Positions 20,191 to 33,366 of a stretch of DNA of 64,000 bases are shown here, in pieces. Source of the DNA: Isurus oxyrinchus (lineage: Eukaryota); the NCBI GenBank assembly GCA_026770705.1, contig JANJGN010000006.1, forward strand, positions 10,416,001 through 10,480,000, written 5' to 3'. The translations under genes were made by a program, and so were the position numbers. The notes beneath the pieces were generated by a model that had not been told where the DNA came from, made no database searches, and worked only from the letters and a program-made list of their open reading frames with translations. How positions within the stretch are numbered: the stretch's first letter is position 1; every line of letters starts with the position of its first letter.

Positions 20191-21886
20191 CTTGTTGCTG
20201 TTTACTCAAACAGCACTGATTTTCATCTTAAAAATCTTGACAAACACAATTTCAATTACTTTCATTTGGAAACTACAGGCTAATATGCTCTTAATTTTGG
20301 TGCCCACATGGCCCAGGAACACAGATGACACAGGCAAGAAGGGTTGGCAATGCATCTGGAATGGGCCACAATATTTCTCAATTTCTTGCTGCAACCAACC
20401 GCCCCCCAGCGCCCAATGCCCAACACACATCGCCCATCACCCAACACCCAACTGTTTACCCATTTCACCAGCTGTCCCTGCAGAGAGACAGCTCTCACTT
20501 AGAAGAGACTGGCTGGTGGAGAAATAACCAGGTGGTGCATGTGGGAGGAAATGAGGGGTTCTGAGCGAACGAGAGAGGATGTGGGCAGAGATTCAGGACA
20601 AGCTTAGTAGTGAATGAACAGTGACCAGTGGACAGGGTTTGTTTGGCAGGGGTCTGGTGGGGGGGGGCGTGCTGGTGGACAGTGAACTGGGATTGTGATG
20701 GGAGTGTTAGTGAATGGTGGAAAGGGATTAGAGTGTGGGAGTTAGCGTAGGGATTAGGATGGGGAGGGACTGGACAGCGGTTGGTGTTCAGTGGGTGGAG
20801 GCAGGACAGAATGTTCAATAGGAGATTGACGGTGGAGGGTAGGGGATTGGGGCGAGGGGGTAGTAAACACTGGGTAGGGGATTAGATTTGGGAGTGGCAT
20901 GTTTAGTGCATGATCAAGGTTCTGAGGTCAGGAGGGGAAATTTGGGTACAGGCAGTGGGGCAGAATGCAAGATTTAGTGCGGGAGTCACAGCTTTCCCAA
21001 AAAGAGGGTCAAAGTCATTTACAGCTTTAAATGACTTCACTAAGAAGCAAACATTTGGAAACACTTCATAAGCTAAACAAGCAGATAAGACATTCGACAT
21101 AACAGGGGGAGAAGAGTTTACCGGTCCCGGATCAGACAAACCGGTGGGGGAAGCAAACAGGGAGATGCTGTTCTTCATAAGTAGGCAGTCTTCTTACAGC
21201 GGTTCACTGCACCCAGATCAGGCAAACGCATGGAAGAAGAAGCGTGGTGCTGATCTCTGTAGCTGGAGCAATCTCTTCTGCTCTCAGTCTTCTTGAGCTA
21301 GATGTAAGTCCAAAGCCAGCATTGATCCAGTTTAAGAAGAATGGATCCTCCATCCAAAATATATTTTCCCCTCTTGAGAGCCCATTTATATACCTGATTT
21401 TAAGGGGCCGGTGAATAGTACGACACAATCACCTTTCAGATGTTCACTTTGCAAGGGAGAGATATTCAAGGTAGACCCCTCCTGTTTCCATTGGAAGCCA
21501 TGAAGTAAGTCATCTTGTGGCCTATGGCTTGCTAGGACATGATGTTTAACCTTTACTCAGTTGGTTTAGATATGGATCATGAGATCTCACCTTATCAGGC
21601 TTCAGGAATGTCTTGAGCCAGGGCCTATGTTAGAAGCATGTCCTTGGCAGAAATAAAAGGCAGCCTGAGGAAAAGTGACAGGTGAAAAGTGACTATTCCA
21701 CACACAGTGCAGGCTTCTGACTGGCGCCCCTATTAGCACGCGCCCAGGGTGCAGGTGTGACAGGCGTGAAGAGCGCCTGTGCCCTGCTCCTGCCCGGTTG
21801 ACCAATCAGAAGCGAAGCAGCAGGAATGATGACTATTTCCTCTGCCGTACACACATCAAGCCTGGAGAGCACACAGACCTACAGCA

Positions 21887-21972
21887 CCTTCGATAGCTCA
21901 GCTGGTAGAGCGGAGGACTGTAGTTGTTCCGTGGTCATCCTTAGGTCGCTGGTTCAATTCTGGCTCGAAGGA
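21887..21972 (+). tRNA. tRNA-Tyr-GTA: tRNA-Tyr(GTA), intron, unit 8
   Basis: Array consensus. Confidence 0.88.
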
Positions 21973-22313
21973 CGTGTGCTTCCTTTTGCCTCGATCCCCC
22001 ACAGCTTTTTACACCCTCCCAATAGGGACTGGCAATCAATACGGTCCTAAATGGGTATTGGGGGGCAAGACAAATGCTGGTGAGTCCCTACTGCCGGGAA
22101 ACGATCAGGTTAGGGCCGGGGTGAAGGACGCGCGGGACTCGGAGAACTCCCGCCATAGCGCCGCGGAAAAGCGGCCACCCCGCCCCCTGCGGTGCGCGCG
22201 TGCACAGCGGCGGTTTAACACACCCTGAGGCAGCGCCTCCCAATGTTAACTTTGAGGTAGTGTCTGCAGCGGATGATCATTCTTTAGCCATTTTACGGCA
22301 TGGATTCCTATCT

Positions 22314-22386
22314 GGGGGATTAGCTCAAATGGTAGAGCGCTCGCTTAGCATGTGAGAGGTAGCGGGATCAATGCCCGCATCCTCCA
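22314..22386 (+). tRNA. tRNA-Ala-AGC: tRNA-Ala(AGC), unit 8
   Basis: Array consensus. Confidence 0.9.
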
Positions 22387-24082
22387 CTTGTTGCTGTTTA
22401 CTCAAACAGCACTGATTTTCATCTTAAAAATCTTGACAAACACAATTTCAATTACTTTCATTTGGAAACTACAGGCTAATATGCTCTTAATTTTGGTGCC
22501 CACATGGCCCAGGAACACAGATGACACAGGCAAGAAGGGTTGGCAATGCATCTGGAATGGGCCACAATATTTCTCAATTTCTTGCTGCAACCAACCGCCC
22601 CCCAGCGCCCAATGCCCAACACACATCGCCCATCACCCAACACCCAACTGTTTACCCATTTCACCTGCTGTCCCTGCAGAGAGACAGCTCTCACTTAGAA
22701 GAGACTGGCTGGTGGAGAAATAACCAGGTGGTGCATGTGGGAGGAAATGAGGGGTTCTGAGCGAACGAGAGAGGATGTGGGCAGAGATTCAGGACAAGCT
22801 TAGTAGTGAATGAACAGTGACCAGTGGACAGGGTTTGTTTGGCAGGGGTCTGGTGGGGGGGGGCGTGCTGGTGGACAGTGAACTGGGATTGTGATGGGAG
22901 TGTTAGTGAATGGTGGAAAGGGATTAGAGTGTGGGAGTTAGCGTAGGGATTAGGATGGGGAGGGACTGGACAGCGGTTGGTGTTCAGTGGGTGGAGGCAG
23001 GACAGAATGTTCAATAGGAGATTGACGGTGGAGGGTAGGGGATTGGGGCGAGGGGGTAGTAAACACTGGGTAGGGGATTAGATTTGGGAGTGGCATGTTT
23101 AGTGCATGATCAAGGTTCTGAGGTCAGGAGGGGAAATTTGGGTACAGGCAGTGGGGCAGAATGCAAGATTTAGTGCGGGAGTCACAGCTTTCCCAAAAAG
23201 AGGGTCAAAGTCATTTACAGCTTTAAATGACTTCACTAAGAAGCAAACATTTGGAAACACTTCATAAGCTAAACAAGCAGATAAGACATTCGACATAACA
23301 GGGGGAGAAGAGTTTACCGGTCCCGGATCAGACAAACCGGTGGGGGAAGCAAACAGGGAGATGCTGTTCTTCATAAGTAGGCAGTCTTCTTACAGCGGTT
23401 CACTGCACCCAGATCAGGCAAACGCATGGAAGAAGAAGCGTGGTGCTGATCTCTGTAGCTGGAGCAATCTCTTCTGCTCTCAGTCTTCTTGAGCTAGATG
23501 TAAGTCCAAAGCCAGCATTGATCCAGTTTAAGAAGAATGGATCCTCCATCCAAAATATATTTTCCCCTCTTGAGAGCCCATTTATATACCTGATTTTAAG
23601 GGGCCGGTGAATAGTACGACACAATCACCTTTCAGATGTTCACTTTGCAAGGGAGAGATATTCAAGGTAGACCCCTCCTGTTTCCATTGGAAGCCATGAA
23701 GTAAGTCATCTTGTGGCCTATGGCTTGCTAGGACATGATGTTTAACCTTTACTCAGTTGGTTTAGATATGGATCATGAGATCTCACCTTATCAGGCTTCA
23801 GGAATGTCTTGAGCCAGGGCCTATGTTAGAAGCATGTCCTTGGCAGAAATAAAAGGCAGCCTGAGGAAAAGTGACAGGTGAAAAGTGACTATTCCACACA
23901 CAGTGCAGGCTTCTGACTGGCGCCCCTATTAGCACGCGCCCAGGGTGCAGGTGTGACAGGCGTGAAGAGCGCCTGTGCCCTGCTCCTGCCCGGTTGACCA
24001 ATCAGAAGCGAAGCAGCAGGAATGATGACTATTTCCTCTGCCGTACACACATCAAGCCTGGAGAGCACACAGACCTACAGCA

Positions 24083-24168
24083 CCTTCGATAGCTCAGCTG
24101 GTAGAGCGGAGGACTGTAGTTGTTCCGTGGTCATCCTTAGGTCGCTGGTTCAATTCTGGCTCGAAGGA
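24083..24168 (+). tRNA. tRNA-Tyr-GTA: tRNA-Tyr(GTA), intron, unit 9
   Basis: Array consensus. Confidence 0.88.
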
Positions 24169-24509
24169 CGTGTGTTTCCTTTTGCCTCGATCCCCCACAG
24201 CTTTTTACACCCTCCCAATAGGGACTGGCAATCAATACGGTCCTAAATGGGTATTGGGGGGCAAGACAAATGCTGGTGAGTCCCTACTGCCGGGAAACGA
24301 TCAGGTTAGGGCCGGGGTGAAGGACGCACGGGACTCGGAGAACTCCCGCCATAGCGCCGCGGAAAAGCGGCCACCCCGCCCCCTGCGGTGCGCGCGTGCA
24401 CAGCGGCGGTTTAACACACCCTGAGGCAGCGCCTCCCAATGTTAACTTTGAGGTAGTGTCTGCAGCGGATGATCATTCTTTAGCCATTTTACGGCATGGA
24501 TTTCTATCT

Positions 24510-24582
24510 GGGGGATTAGCTCAAATGGTAGAGCGCTCGCTTAGCATGTGAGAGGTAGCGGGATCAATGCCCGCATTCTCCA
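24510..24582 (+). tRNA. tRNA-Ala-AGC: tRNA-Ala(AGC), unit 9 (C68T)
   Basis: Ends GCATTCTCCA. Confidence 0.85.
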
Positions 24583-26278
24583 GTTGTTGCTGTTTACTCA
24601 AACAGCACTGATTTTCATCTTAAAAATCTTGACAAACACAATTTCAATTACTTTCATTTGGAAACTACAGGCTAATATGCTCTTAATTTTGGTGCCCACA
24701 TGGCCCAGAAACACAGATGACACAGGCAAGAAGGGTTGGCAATGCATCTGGAATGGGCCACAATATTTCTCAATTTCTTGCTGCAACCAACCGCCCCCCA
24801 GCGCCCAATGCCCAACACACATCGCCCATCACCCAACACCCAACTGTTTACCCATTTCACCTGCTGTCCCTGCAGAGAGACAGCTCTCACTTAGAAGAGA
24901 CTGGCTGGTGGAGAAATAACCAGGTGGTGCATGTGGGAGGAAATGAGGGGTTCTGAGCGAACGAGAGAGGATGTGGGCAGAGATTCAGGACAAGCTTAGT
25001 AGTGAATGAACAGTGACCAGTGGACAGGGTTTGTTTGGCAGGGGTCTGGTGGGGGGGGGCGTGCTGGTGGACAGTGAACTGGGATTGTGATGGGAGTGTT
25101 AGTGAATGGTGGAAAGGGATTAGAGTGTGGGAGTTAGCGTAGGGATTAGGATGGGGAGGGACTGGACAGCGGTTGGTGTTCAGTGGGTGGAGGCAGGACA
25201 GAATGTTCAATAGGAGATTGACGGTGGAGGGTAGGGGATTGGGGCGAGGGGGTAGTAAACACTGGGTAGGGGATTAGATTTGGGAGTGGCATGTTTAGTG
25301 CATGATCAAGGTTCTGAGGTCAGGAGGGGAAATTTGGGTACAGGCAGTGGGGCAGAATGCAAGATTTAGTGCGGGAGTCACAGCTTTCCCAAAAAGAGGG
25401 TCAAAGTCATTTACAGCTTTAAATGACTTCACTAAGAAGCAAACATTTGGAAACACTTCATAAGCTAAACAAGCAGATAAGACATTCGACATAACAGGGG
25501 GAGAAGAGTTTACCGGTCCCGGATCAGACAAACCGGTGGGGGAAGCAAACAGGGAGATGCTGTTCTTCATAAGTAGGCAGTCTTCTTACAGCGGTTCACT
25601 GCACCCAGATCAGGCAAACGCATGGAAGAAGAAGCGTGGTGCTGATCTCTGTAGCTGGAGCAATCTCTTCTGCTCTCAGTCTTCTTGAGCTAGATGTAAG
25701 TCCAAAGCCAGCATTGATCCAGTTTAAGAAGAATGGATCCTCCATCCAAAATATATTTTCCCCTCTTGAGAGCCCATTTATATACCTGATTTTAAGGGGC
25801 CGGTGAATAGTACGACACAATCACCTTTCAGATGTTCACTTTGCAAGGGAGAGATATTCAAGGTAGACCCCTCTTGTTTCCATTGGAAGCCATGAAGTAA
25901 GTCATCTTGTGGCCTATGGCTTGCTAGGACATGATGTTTAACCTTTACTCAGTTGGTTTAAATATGGATCATGAGATCTCACCTTATCAGGCTTCAGGAA
26001 TGTCTTGAGCCAGGGCCTATGTTAGAAGCATGTCCTTGGCAGAAATAAAAGGCAGCCTGAGGAAAAGTGACAGGTGAAAAGTGACTATTCCACACACAGT
26101 GCAGGCTTCTGACTGGCGCCCCTATTAGCACGCGCCCAGGGTGCAGGTGTGACAGGCGTGAAGAGCGCCTGTGCCCTGCTCCTGCCCGGTTGACCAATCA
26201 GAAGCGAAGCAGCAGGAATGATGACTATTTCCTCTGCCGTACACACATCAAGCCTGGAGAGCACACAGACCTACAGCA

Positions 26279-26364
26279 CCTTCGATAGCTCAGCTGGTAG
26301 AGCGGAGGACTGTAGTTGTTCCGTGGTCATCCTTAGGTCGCTGGTTCAATTCTGGCTCGAAGGA
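26279..26364 (+). tRNA. tRNA-Tyr-GTA: tRNA-Tyr(GTA), intron, unit 10
   Basis: Array consensus. Confidence 0.88.
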
Positions 26365-26706
26365 CGTGTGCTTCCTTTTGCCTCGATTCCCCCATAGCTT
26401 TTTACACCCTCCCAATAGGGACTGGCAATCAATACGGTCCTAAATGGGTATTGGGGGGCAAGACAAATGCTGGTGAGTCCCTACTGCCGGGAAACGATCA
26501 GGTTAGGGCCGGGGTGAAGGACGCGCGGGACTCGGAGAACTCCCGCCATAGCGCCGCGGAAAAGCGGCCACCCCGCCCCCTGCGGTGCGCGCGTGCACAG
26601 CGGCGGTTTAACACACCCTGAGGCAGCGCCTCCCAATGTTAACTTTGAGGTAGTGTCTGCAGCGGATGATCATTCTTTAGCCATTTTACGGCATGGATTT
26701 CTATCT

Positions 26707-26779
26707 GGGGGATTAGCTCAAATGGTAGAGCGCTCGCTTAGCATGTGAGAGGTAGCGGGATCAATGCCCGCATCCTCCA
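26707..26779 (+). tRNA. tRNA-Ala-AGC: tRNA-Ala(AGC), unit 10
   Basis: Array consensus. Confidence 0.9.
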
Positions 26780-28474
26780 CTTGTTGCTGTTTACTCAAAC
26801 AGCACTGATTTTCATCTTAAAAATCTTGACAAACACAATTTCAATTACTTTCATTTGGAAACTACAGGCTAATATGCTCTTAATTTTGGTGCCCACATGG
26901 CCCAGGAACACAGATGACACAGGCAAGAAGGGTTGGCAATGCATCTGGAATGGGCCACAATATTTCTCAATTTCTTGCTGCAACCAACCGCCCCCCAGCG
27001 CCCAATGCCCAACACACATCGCCCATCACCCAACACCCAACTGTTTACCCATTTCACCTGCTGTCCCTGCAGAGAGACAGCTCTCACTTAGAAGAGACTG
27101 GCTGGTGGAGAAATAACCAGGTGGTGCATGTGGGAGGAAATGAGGGGTTCTGAGCGAACGAGAGAGGATGTGGGCAGAGATTCAGGACAAAGTTAGTAGA
27201 GAATGAACAGTGACCAGTGGACAGGGTTTGTTTGGCAGGGGTCTGGTGGGGGGGGCGTGCTGGTGGACAGTGAACTGGGATTGTGATGGGAGTGTTAGTA
27301 AATGGTGGAAAGGGATTAGAGTGTGGGAGTTAGTGTAGGGATTGGGACGGGGATGGACTGGACAGCGGTTGGTGTTCAGTGGGTGGAGGCAGGACAGAAT
27401 GTTGAATAGGAGATTGACGGTGGAGGGTAGGGGATTGGGGCGAGGGGGTAGTAAACACTGGGTAGGGGATTAGATTTGGGAGTGGCATGTTTAGTGCATG
27501 ATCAAGGTTCTGAGGTCAGGAGGGGAAATTTGGGTACAGGCAGTGGGGCAGAATGCAAGATTTAGTGCGGGAGTCACAGCTTTCCCAAAAAGAGGGTCAA
27601 AGTCATTTACAGCTTTAAATGACTTCACTAAGAAGCAAACATTTGGAAACACTTCATAAGCTAAACAAGCAGATAAGACATTCGACATAACAGGGGGAGA
27701 AGAGTTTACCGGTCCCGGATCAGACAAACCGATGGGGGAAGCAAACAGGGTGATGCTGTTCTTCATAAACAGGCAGTCTTCTTAGAGCGGTTCACTGGAC
27801 CCAGAACTGGCAAACGCATGGAAGAAGAAGCGTAGTGCTGATCTCTGTAGCTAGAGCAATCTCTTCTGCTCTCAGTCTTCTTGAGCTAGATGTAAGTCCA
27901 AAGCCAGCACAGATCCAGTTTAAGAAGAATGGATCCTCCATCCAAAATATATTTTCCCCTCTTGAGAGCCCATTTATATACCTGATTTTAAGGGGCCGGT
28001 GAATAGTACGACACAATCACCTTTCAGATGTTCACTTTGCAAGGGAGAGATATTCAAGGTAGACCCCTCCTGTTTCCATTGGAAGCCATGAAGTAAGTCA
28101 TCTTGTGGCCTATGGCTTGCTAGGACATGATGTTTAACCTTTACTCAGTTGGTTTAAATATGGATCATGAGATCTCACCTTATCAGGCTTCAGGAATGTC
28201 TTGAGCCAGGGCCTATGTTAGAAGCATGTCCTTGGCAGAAATAAAAGGCAGCCTGAGGAAAAGTGACAGGTGAAAAGTGACTATTCCACACACAGTGCAG
28301 GCTTCTGACTGGCGCCCCTATTAGCACGCGCCCAGGGTGCAGGTGTGACAGGCGTGAAGAGCGCCTGTGCCCTGCTCCTGCCCGGTTGACCAATCAGAAG
28401 CGAAGCAGCAGGAATGATGACTATTTCCTCTGCCGTACACACATCAAGCCTGGAGAGCACACAGACCTACAGCA

Positions 28475-28560
28475 CCTTCGATAGCTCAGCTGGTAGAGCG
28501 GAGGACTGTAGTTGTTCCGTGGTCATCCTTAGGTCGCTGGTTCAATTCTGGCTCGAAGGA
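28475..28560 (+). tRNA. tRNA-Tyr-GTA: tRNA-Tyr(GTA), intron, unit 11
   Basis: Array consensus. Confidence 0.88.
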
Positions 28561-28902
28561 CGTGTGCTTCCTTTTGCCTCGATTCCCCCATAGCTTTTTA
28601 CACCCTCCCAATAGGGACTGGCAATCAATACGGTCCTAAATGGGTATTGGGGGGCAAGACAAATGCTGGTGAGTCCCTACTGCCGGGAAACGATCAGGTT
28701 AGGGCCGGGGTGAAGGACGCGCGGGACTCGGAGAACTCCCGCCATAGCGCCGCGGAAAAGCGGCCACCCCGCCCCCTGCGGTGCGCGCGTGCACAGCGGC
28801 GGTTTAACACACCCTGAGGCAGCGCCTCCCAATGTTAACTTTGAGGTAGTGTCTGCAGCGGATGATCATTCTTTAGCCATTTTACGGCATGGATTTCTAT
28901 CT

Positions 28903-28975
28903 GGGGGATTAGCTCAAATGGTAGAGCGCTCGCTTAGCATGTGAGAGGTAGCGGGATCAATGCCCGCATCCTCCA
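28903..28975 (+). tRNA. tRNA-Ala-AGC: tRNA-Ala(AGC), unit 11
   Basis: Array consensus. Confidence 0.9.
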
Positions 28976-30670
28976 CTTGTTGCTGTTTACTCAAACAGCA
29001 CTGATTTTCATCTTAAAAATCTTGACAAACACAATTTCAATTACTTTCATTTGGAAACTACAGGCTAATATGCTCTTAATTTTGGTGCCCACATGGCCCA
29101 GGAACACAGATGACACAGGCAAGAAGGGTTGGCAATGCATCTGGAATGGGCCACAATATTTCTCAATTTCTTGCTGCAACCAACCGCCCCCCAGCGCCCA
29201 ATGCCCAACACACATCGCCCATCACCCAACACCCAACTGTTTACCCATTTCACCTGCTGTCCCTGCAGAGAGACAGCTCTCACTTAGAAGAGACTGGCTG
29301 GTGGAGAAATAACCAGGTGGTGCATGTGGGAGGAAATGAGGGGTTCTGAGCGAACGAGAGAGGATGTGGGCAGAGATTCAGGACAAGGTTAGTAGAGAAT
29401 GAACAGTGACCAGTGGACAGGGTTTGTTTGGCAGGGGTCTGGTGGGGGGGGCGTGCTGGTGGACAGTGAACTGGGATTGTGATGGGAGTGTTAGTAAATG
29501 GTGGAAAGGGATTAGAGTGTGGGAGTTAGTGTAGGGATTGGGACGGGGATGGACTGGACAGCGGTTGGTGTTCAGTGGGTGGAGGCAGGACAGAATGTTG
29601 AATAGGAGATTGACGGTGGAGGGTAGGGGATTGGGGCGAGGGGGTAGTAAACACTGGGTAGGGGATTAGATTTGGGAGTGGCATGTTTAGTGCATGATCA
29701 AGGTTCTGAGGTCAGGAGGGGAAATTTGGGTACAGGCAGTGGGGCAGAATGCAAGATTTAGTGCGGGAGTCACAGCTTTCCCAAAAAGAGGGTCAAAGTC
29801 ATTTACAGCTTTAAATGACTTCACTAAGAAGCAAACATTTGGAAACACTTCATAAGCTAAACAAGCAGATAAGACATTCGACATAACAGGGGGAGAAGAG
29901 TTTACCGGTCCCGGATCAGACAAACCGATGGGGGAAGCAAACAGGGTGATGCTGTTCTTCATAAACAGGCAGTCTTCTTAGAGCGGTTCACTGGACCCAG
30001 AACTGGCAAACGCATGGAAGAAGAAGCGTAGTGCTGATCTCTGTAGCTAGAGCAATCTCTTCTGCTCTCAGTCTTCTTGAGCTAGATGTAAGTCCAAAGC
30101 CAGCACAGATCCAGTTTAAGAAGAATGGATCCTCCATCCAAAATATATTTTCCCCTCTTGAGAGCCCATTTATATACCTGATTTTAAGGGGCCGGTGAAT
30201 AGTACGACACAATCACCTTTCAGATGTTCACTTTGCAAGGGAGAGATATTCAAGGTAGACCCCTCCTGTTTCCATTGGAAGCCATGAAGTAAGTCATCTT
30301 GTGGCCTATGGCTTGCTAGGACATGATGTTTAACCTTTACTCAGTTGGTTTAAATATGGATCATGAGATCTCACCTTATCAGGCTTCAGGAATGTCTTGA
30401 GCCAGGGCCTATGTTAGAAGCATGTCCTTGGCAGAAATAAAAGGCAGCCTGAGGAAAAGTGACAGGTGAAAAGTGACTATTCCACACACAGTGCAGGCTT
30501 CTGACTGGCGCCCCTATTAGCACGCGCCCAGGGTGCAGGTGTGACAGGCGTGAAGAGCGCCTGTGCCCTGCTCCTGCCCGGTTGACCAATCAGAAGCGAA
30601 GCAGCAGGAATGATGACTATTTCCTCTGCCGTACACACATCAAGCCTGGAGAGCACACAGACCTACAGCA

Positions 30671-30756
30671 CCTTCGATAGCTCAGCTGGTAGAGCGGAGG
30701 ATTGTAGTTGTTCCGTGGTCATCCTTAGGTCGCTGGTTCAATTCTGGCTCGAAGGA
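30671..30756 (+). tRNA. tRNA-Tyr-GTA: tRNA-Tyr(GTA), intron, unit 12 (C32T)
   Basis: GGAGGATTGTAG. Confidence 0.85.
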
Positions 30757-31097
30757 CGTGTGCTTCCTTTTGCCTCGATCCCCCATAGCTTTTTACACCC
30801 TCCCAATAGGGACTGGCAATCAATACGGTCCTAAATGGGTATTGGGGGGCAAGACAAATGCTGGTGAGTCCCTACTGCCGGGAAACGATCAGGTTAGGGC
30901 CGGGGTGAAGGACGCGCGGGACTCGGAGAACTCCCGCCATAGCGCCGCGGAAAAGCGGCCACCCCGCCCCCTGCGGTGCGCGCGTGCACAGCGGCGGTTT
31001 AACACACCCTGAGGCAGCGCCTCCCAATGTTAACTTTGAGGTAGTGTCTGCAGCGGATGATCATTCTTTAGCCATTTTACGGCATGGATTTCTATCT

Positions 31098-31170
31098 GGG
31101 GGATTAGCTCAAATGGTAGAGCGCTCGCTTAGCATGTGAGAGGTAGCGGGATCAATGCCCGCATCCTCCA
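31098..31170 (+). tRNA. tRNA-Ala-AGC: tRNA-Ala(AGC), unit 12
   Basis: Array consensus. Confidence 0.9.
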
Positions 31171-32865
31171 CTTGTTGCTGTTTACTCAAACAGCACTGAT
31201 TTTCATCTTAAAAATCTTGACAAACACAATTTCAATTACTTTCATTTGGAAACTACAGGCTAATATGCTCTTAATTTTGGTGCCCACATGGCCCAGGAAC
31301 ACAGATGACACAGGCAAGAAGGGTTGGCAATGCATCTGGAATGGGCCACAATATTTCTCAATTTCTTGCTGCAACCAACCGCCCCCCAGCGCCCAATGCC
31401 CAACACACATCGCCCATCACCCAACACCCAACTGTTTACCCATTTCACCTGCTGTCCCTGCAGAGAGACAGCTCTCACTTAGAAGAGACTGGCTGGTGGA
31501 GAAATAACCAGGTGGTGCATGTGGGAGGAAATGAGGGGTTCTGAGCGAACGAGAGAGGATGTGGGCAGAGATTCAGGACAAGGTTAGTAGAGAATGAACA
31601 GTGACCAGTGGACAGGGTTTGTTTGGCAGGGGTCTGGTGGGGGGGGCGTGCTGGTGGACAGTGAACTGGGATTGTGATGGGAGTGTTAGTAAATGGTGGA
31701 AAGGGATTAGAGTGTGGGAGTTAGTGTAGGGATTGGGACGGGGATGGACTGGACAGCGGTTGGTGTTCAGTGGGTGGAGGCAGGACAGAATGTTGAATAG
31801 GAGATTGACGGTGGAGGGTAGGGGATTGGGGCGAGGGGGTAGTAAACACTGGGTAGGGGATTAGATTTGGGAGTGGCATGTTTAGTGCATGATCAAGGTT
31901 CTGAGGTCAGGAGGGGAAATTTGGGTACAGGCAGTGGGGCAGAATGCAAGATTTAGTGCGGGAGTCACAGCTTTCCCAAAAAGAGGGTCAAAGTCATTTA
32001 CAGCTTTAAATGACTTCACTAAGAAGCAAACATTTGGAAACACTTCATAAGCTAAACAAGCAGATAAGACATTCGACATAACAGGGGGAGAAGAGTTTAC
32101 CGGTCCCGGATCAGACAAACCGATGGGGGAAGCAAACAGGGTGATGCTGTTCTTCATAAACAGGCAGTCTTCTTAGAGCGGTTCACTGGACCCAGAACTG
32201 GCAAACGCATGGAAGAAGAAGCGTAGTGCTGATCTCTGTAGCTAGAGCAATCTCTTCTGCTCTCAGTCTTCTTGAGCTAGATGTAAGTCCAAAGCCAGCA
32301 TAGATCCAGTTTAAGAAGAATGGATCCTCCATCCAAAATATATTTTCCCCTCTTGAGAGCCCATTTATATACCTGATTTTAAGGGGCCGGTGAATAGTAC
32401 GACACAATCACCTTTCAGATGTTCACTTTGCAAGGGAGAGATATTCAAGGTAGACCCCTCCTGTTTCCATTGGAAGCCATGAAGTAAGTCATCTTGTGGC
32501 CTATGGCTTGCTAGGACATGATGTTTAACCTTTACTCAGTTGGTTTAAATATGGATCATGAGATCTCACCTTATCAGGCTTCAGGAATGTCTTGAGCCAG
32601 GGCCTATGTTAGAAGCATGTCCTTGGCAGAAATAAAAGGCAGCCTGAGGAAAAGTGACAGGTGAAAAGTGACTATTCCACACACAGTGCAGGCTTCTGAC
32701 TGGCGCCCCTATTAGCACGCGCCCAGGGTGCAGGTGTGACAGGCGTGAAGAGCGCCTGTGCCCTGCTCCTGCCCGGTTGACCAATCAGAAGCGAAGCAGC
32801 AGGAATGATGACTATTTCCTCTGCCGTACACACATCAAGCCTGGAGAGCACACAGACCTACAGCA

Positions 32866-32951
32866 CCTTCGATAGCTCAGCTGGTAGAGCGGAGGACTGT
32901 AGTTGTTGCGTGGTCATCCTTAGGTCGCTGGTTCAATTCCGGCTCGAAGGA
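32866..32951 (+). tRNA. tRNA-Tyr-GTA: tRNA-Tyr(GTA), intron, unit 13 (canonical T-stem; intron variant ttgttgcg)
   Basis: TTCAATTCCGGC. Confidence 0.93.
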
Positions 32952-33293
32952 CGTGTGCTTCCTTTTGCCTCGATTCCCCCATAGCTTTTTACACCCTCCC
33001 AATAGGGACTGGCAATCAATACGGTCCTAAATGGGTATTGGGGGGCAAGACAAATGCTGATGAGTCCCTACTGCCGGGAAACGATCAGGTTAGGGCCGGG
33101 GTGAAGGACGCGCGGGACTCGGAGAACTCCCGCCATAGCGCCGCGGAAAAGCGGCCACCCCGCCCCCTGCGGTGCGCGCGTGCACAGCGGCGGTTTAACA
33201 CACCCTGAGGCAGCGCCTCCCAATGTTAACTTTGAGGTAGTGTCTGCAGCGGATGATCATTCTTTAGCCATTTTACGGCATGGATTTCTATCT

Positions 33294-33366
33294 GGGGGAT
33301 TAGCTCAAATGGTAGAGCGCTCGCTTAGCATGTGAGAGGTAGCGGGATCAATGCCCGCATCCTCCA
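33294..33366 (+). tRNA. tRNA-Ala-AGC: tRNA-Ala(AGC), unit 13
   Basis: Array consensus. Confidence 0.9.
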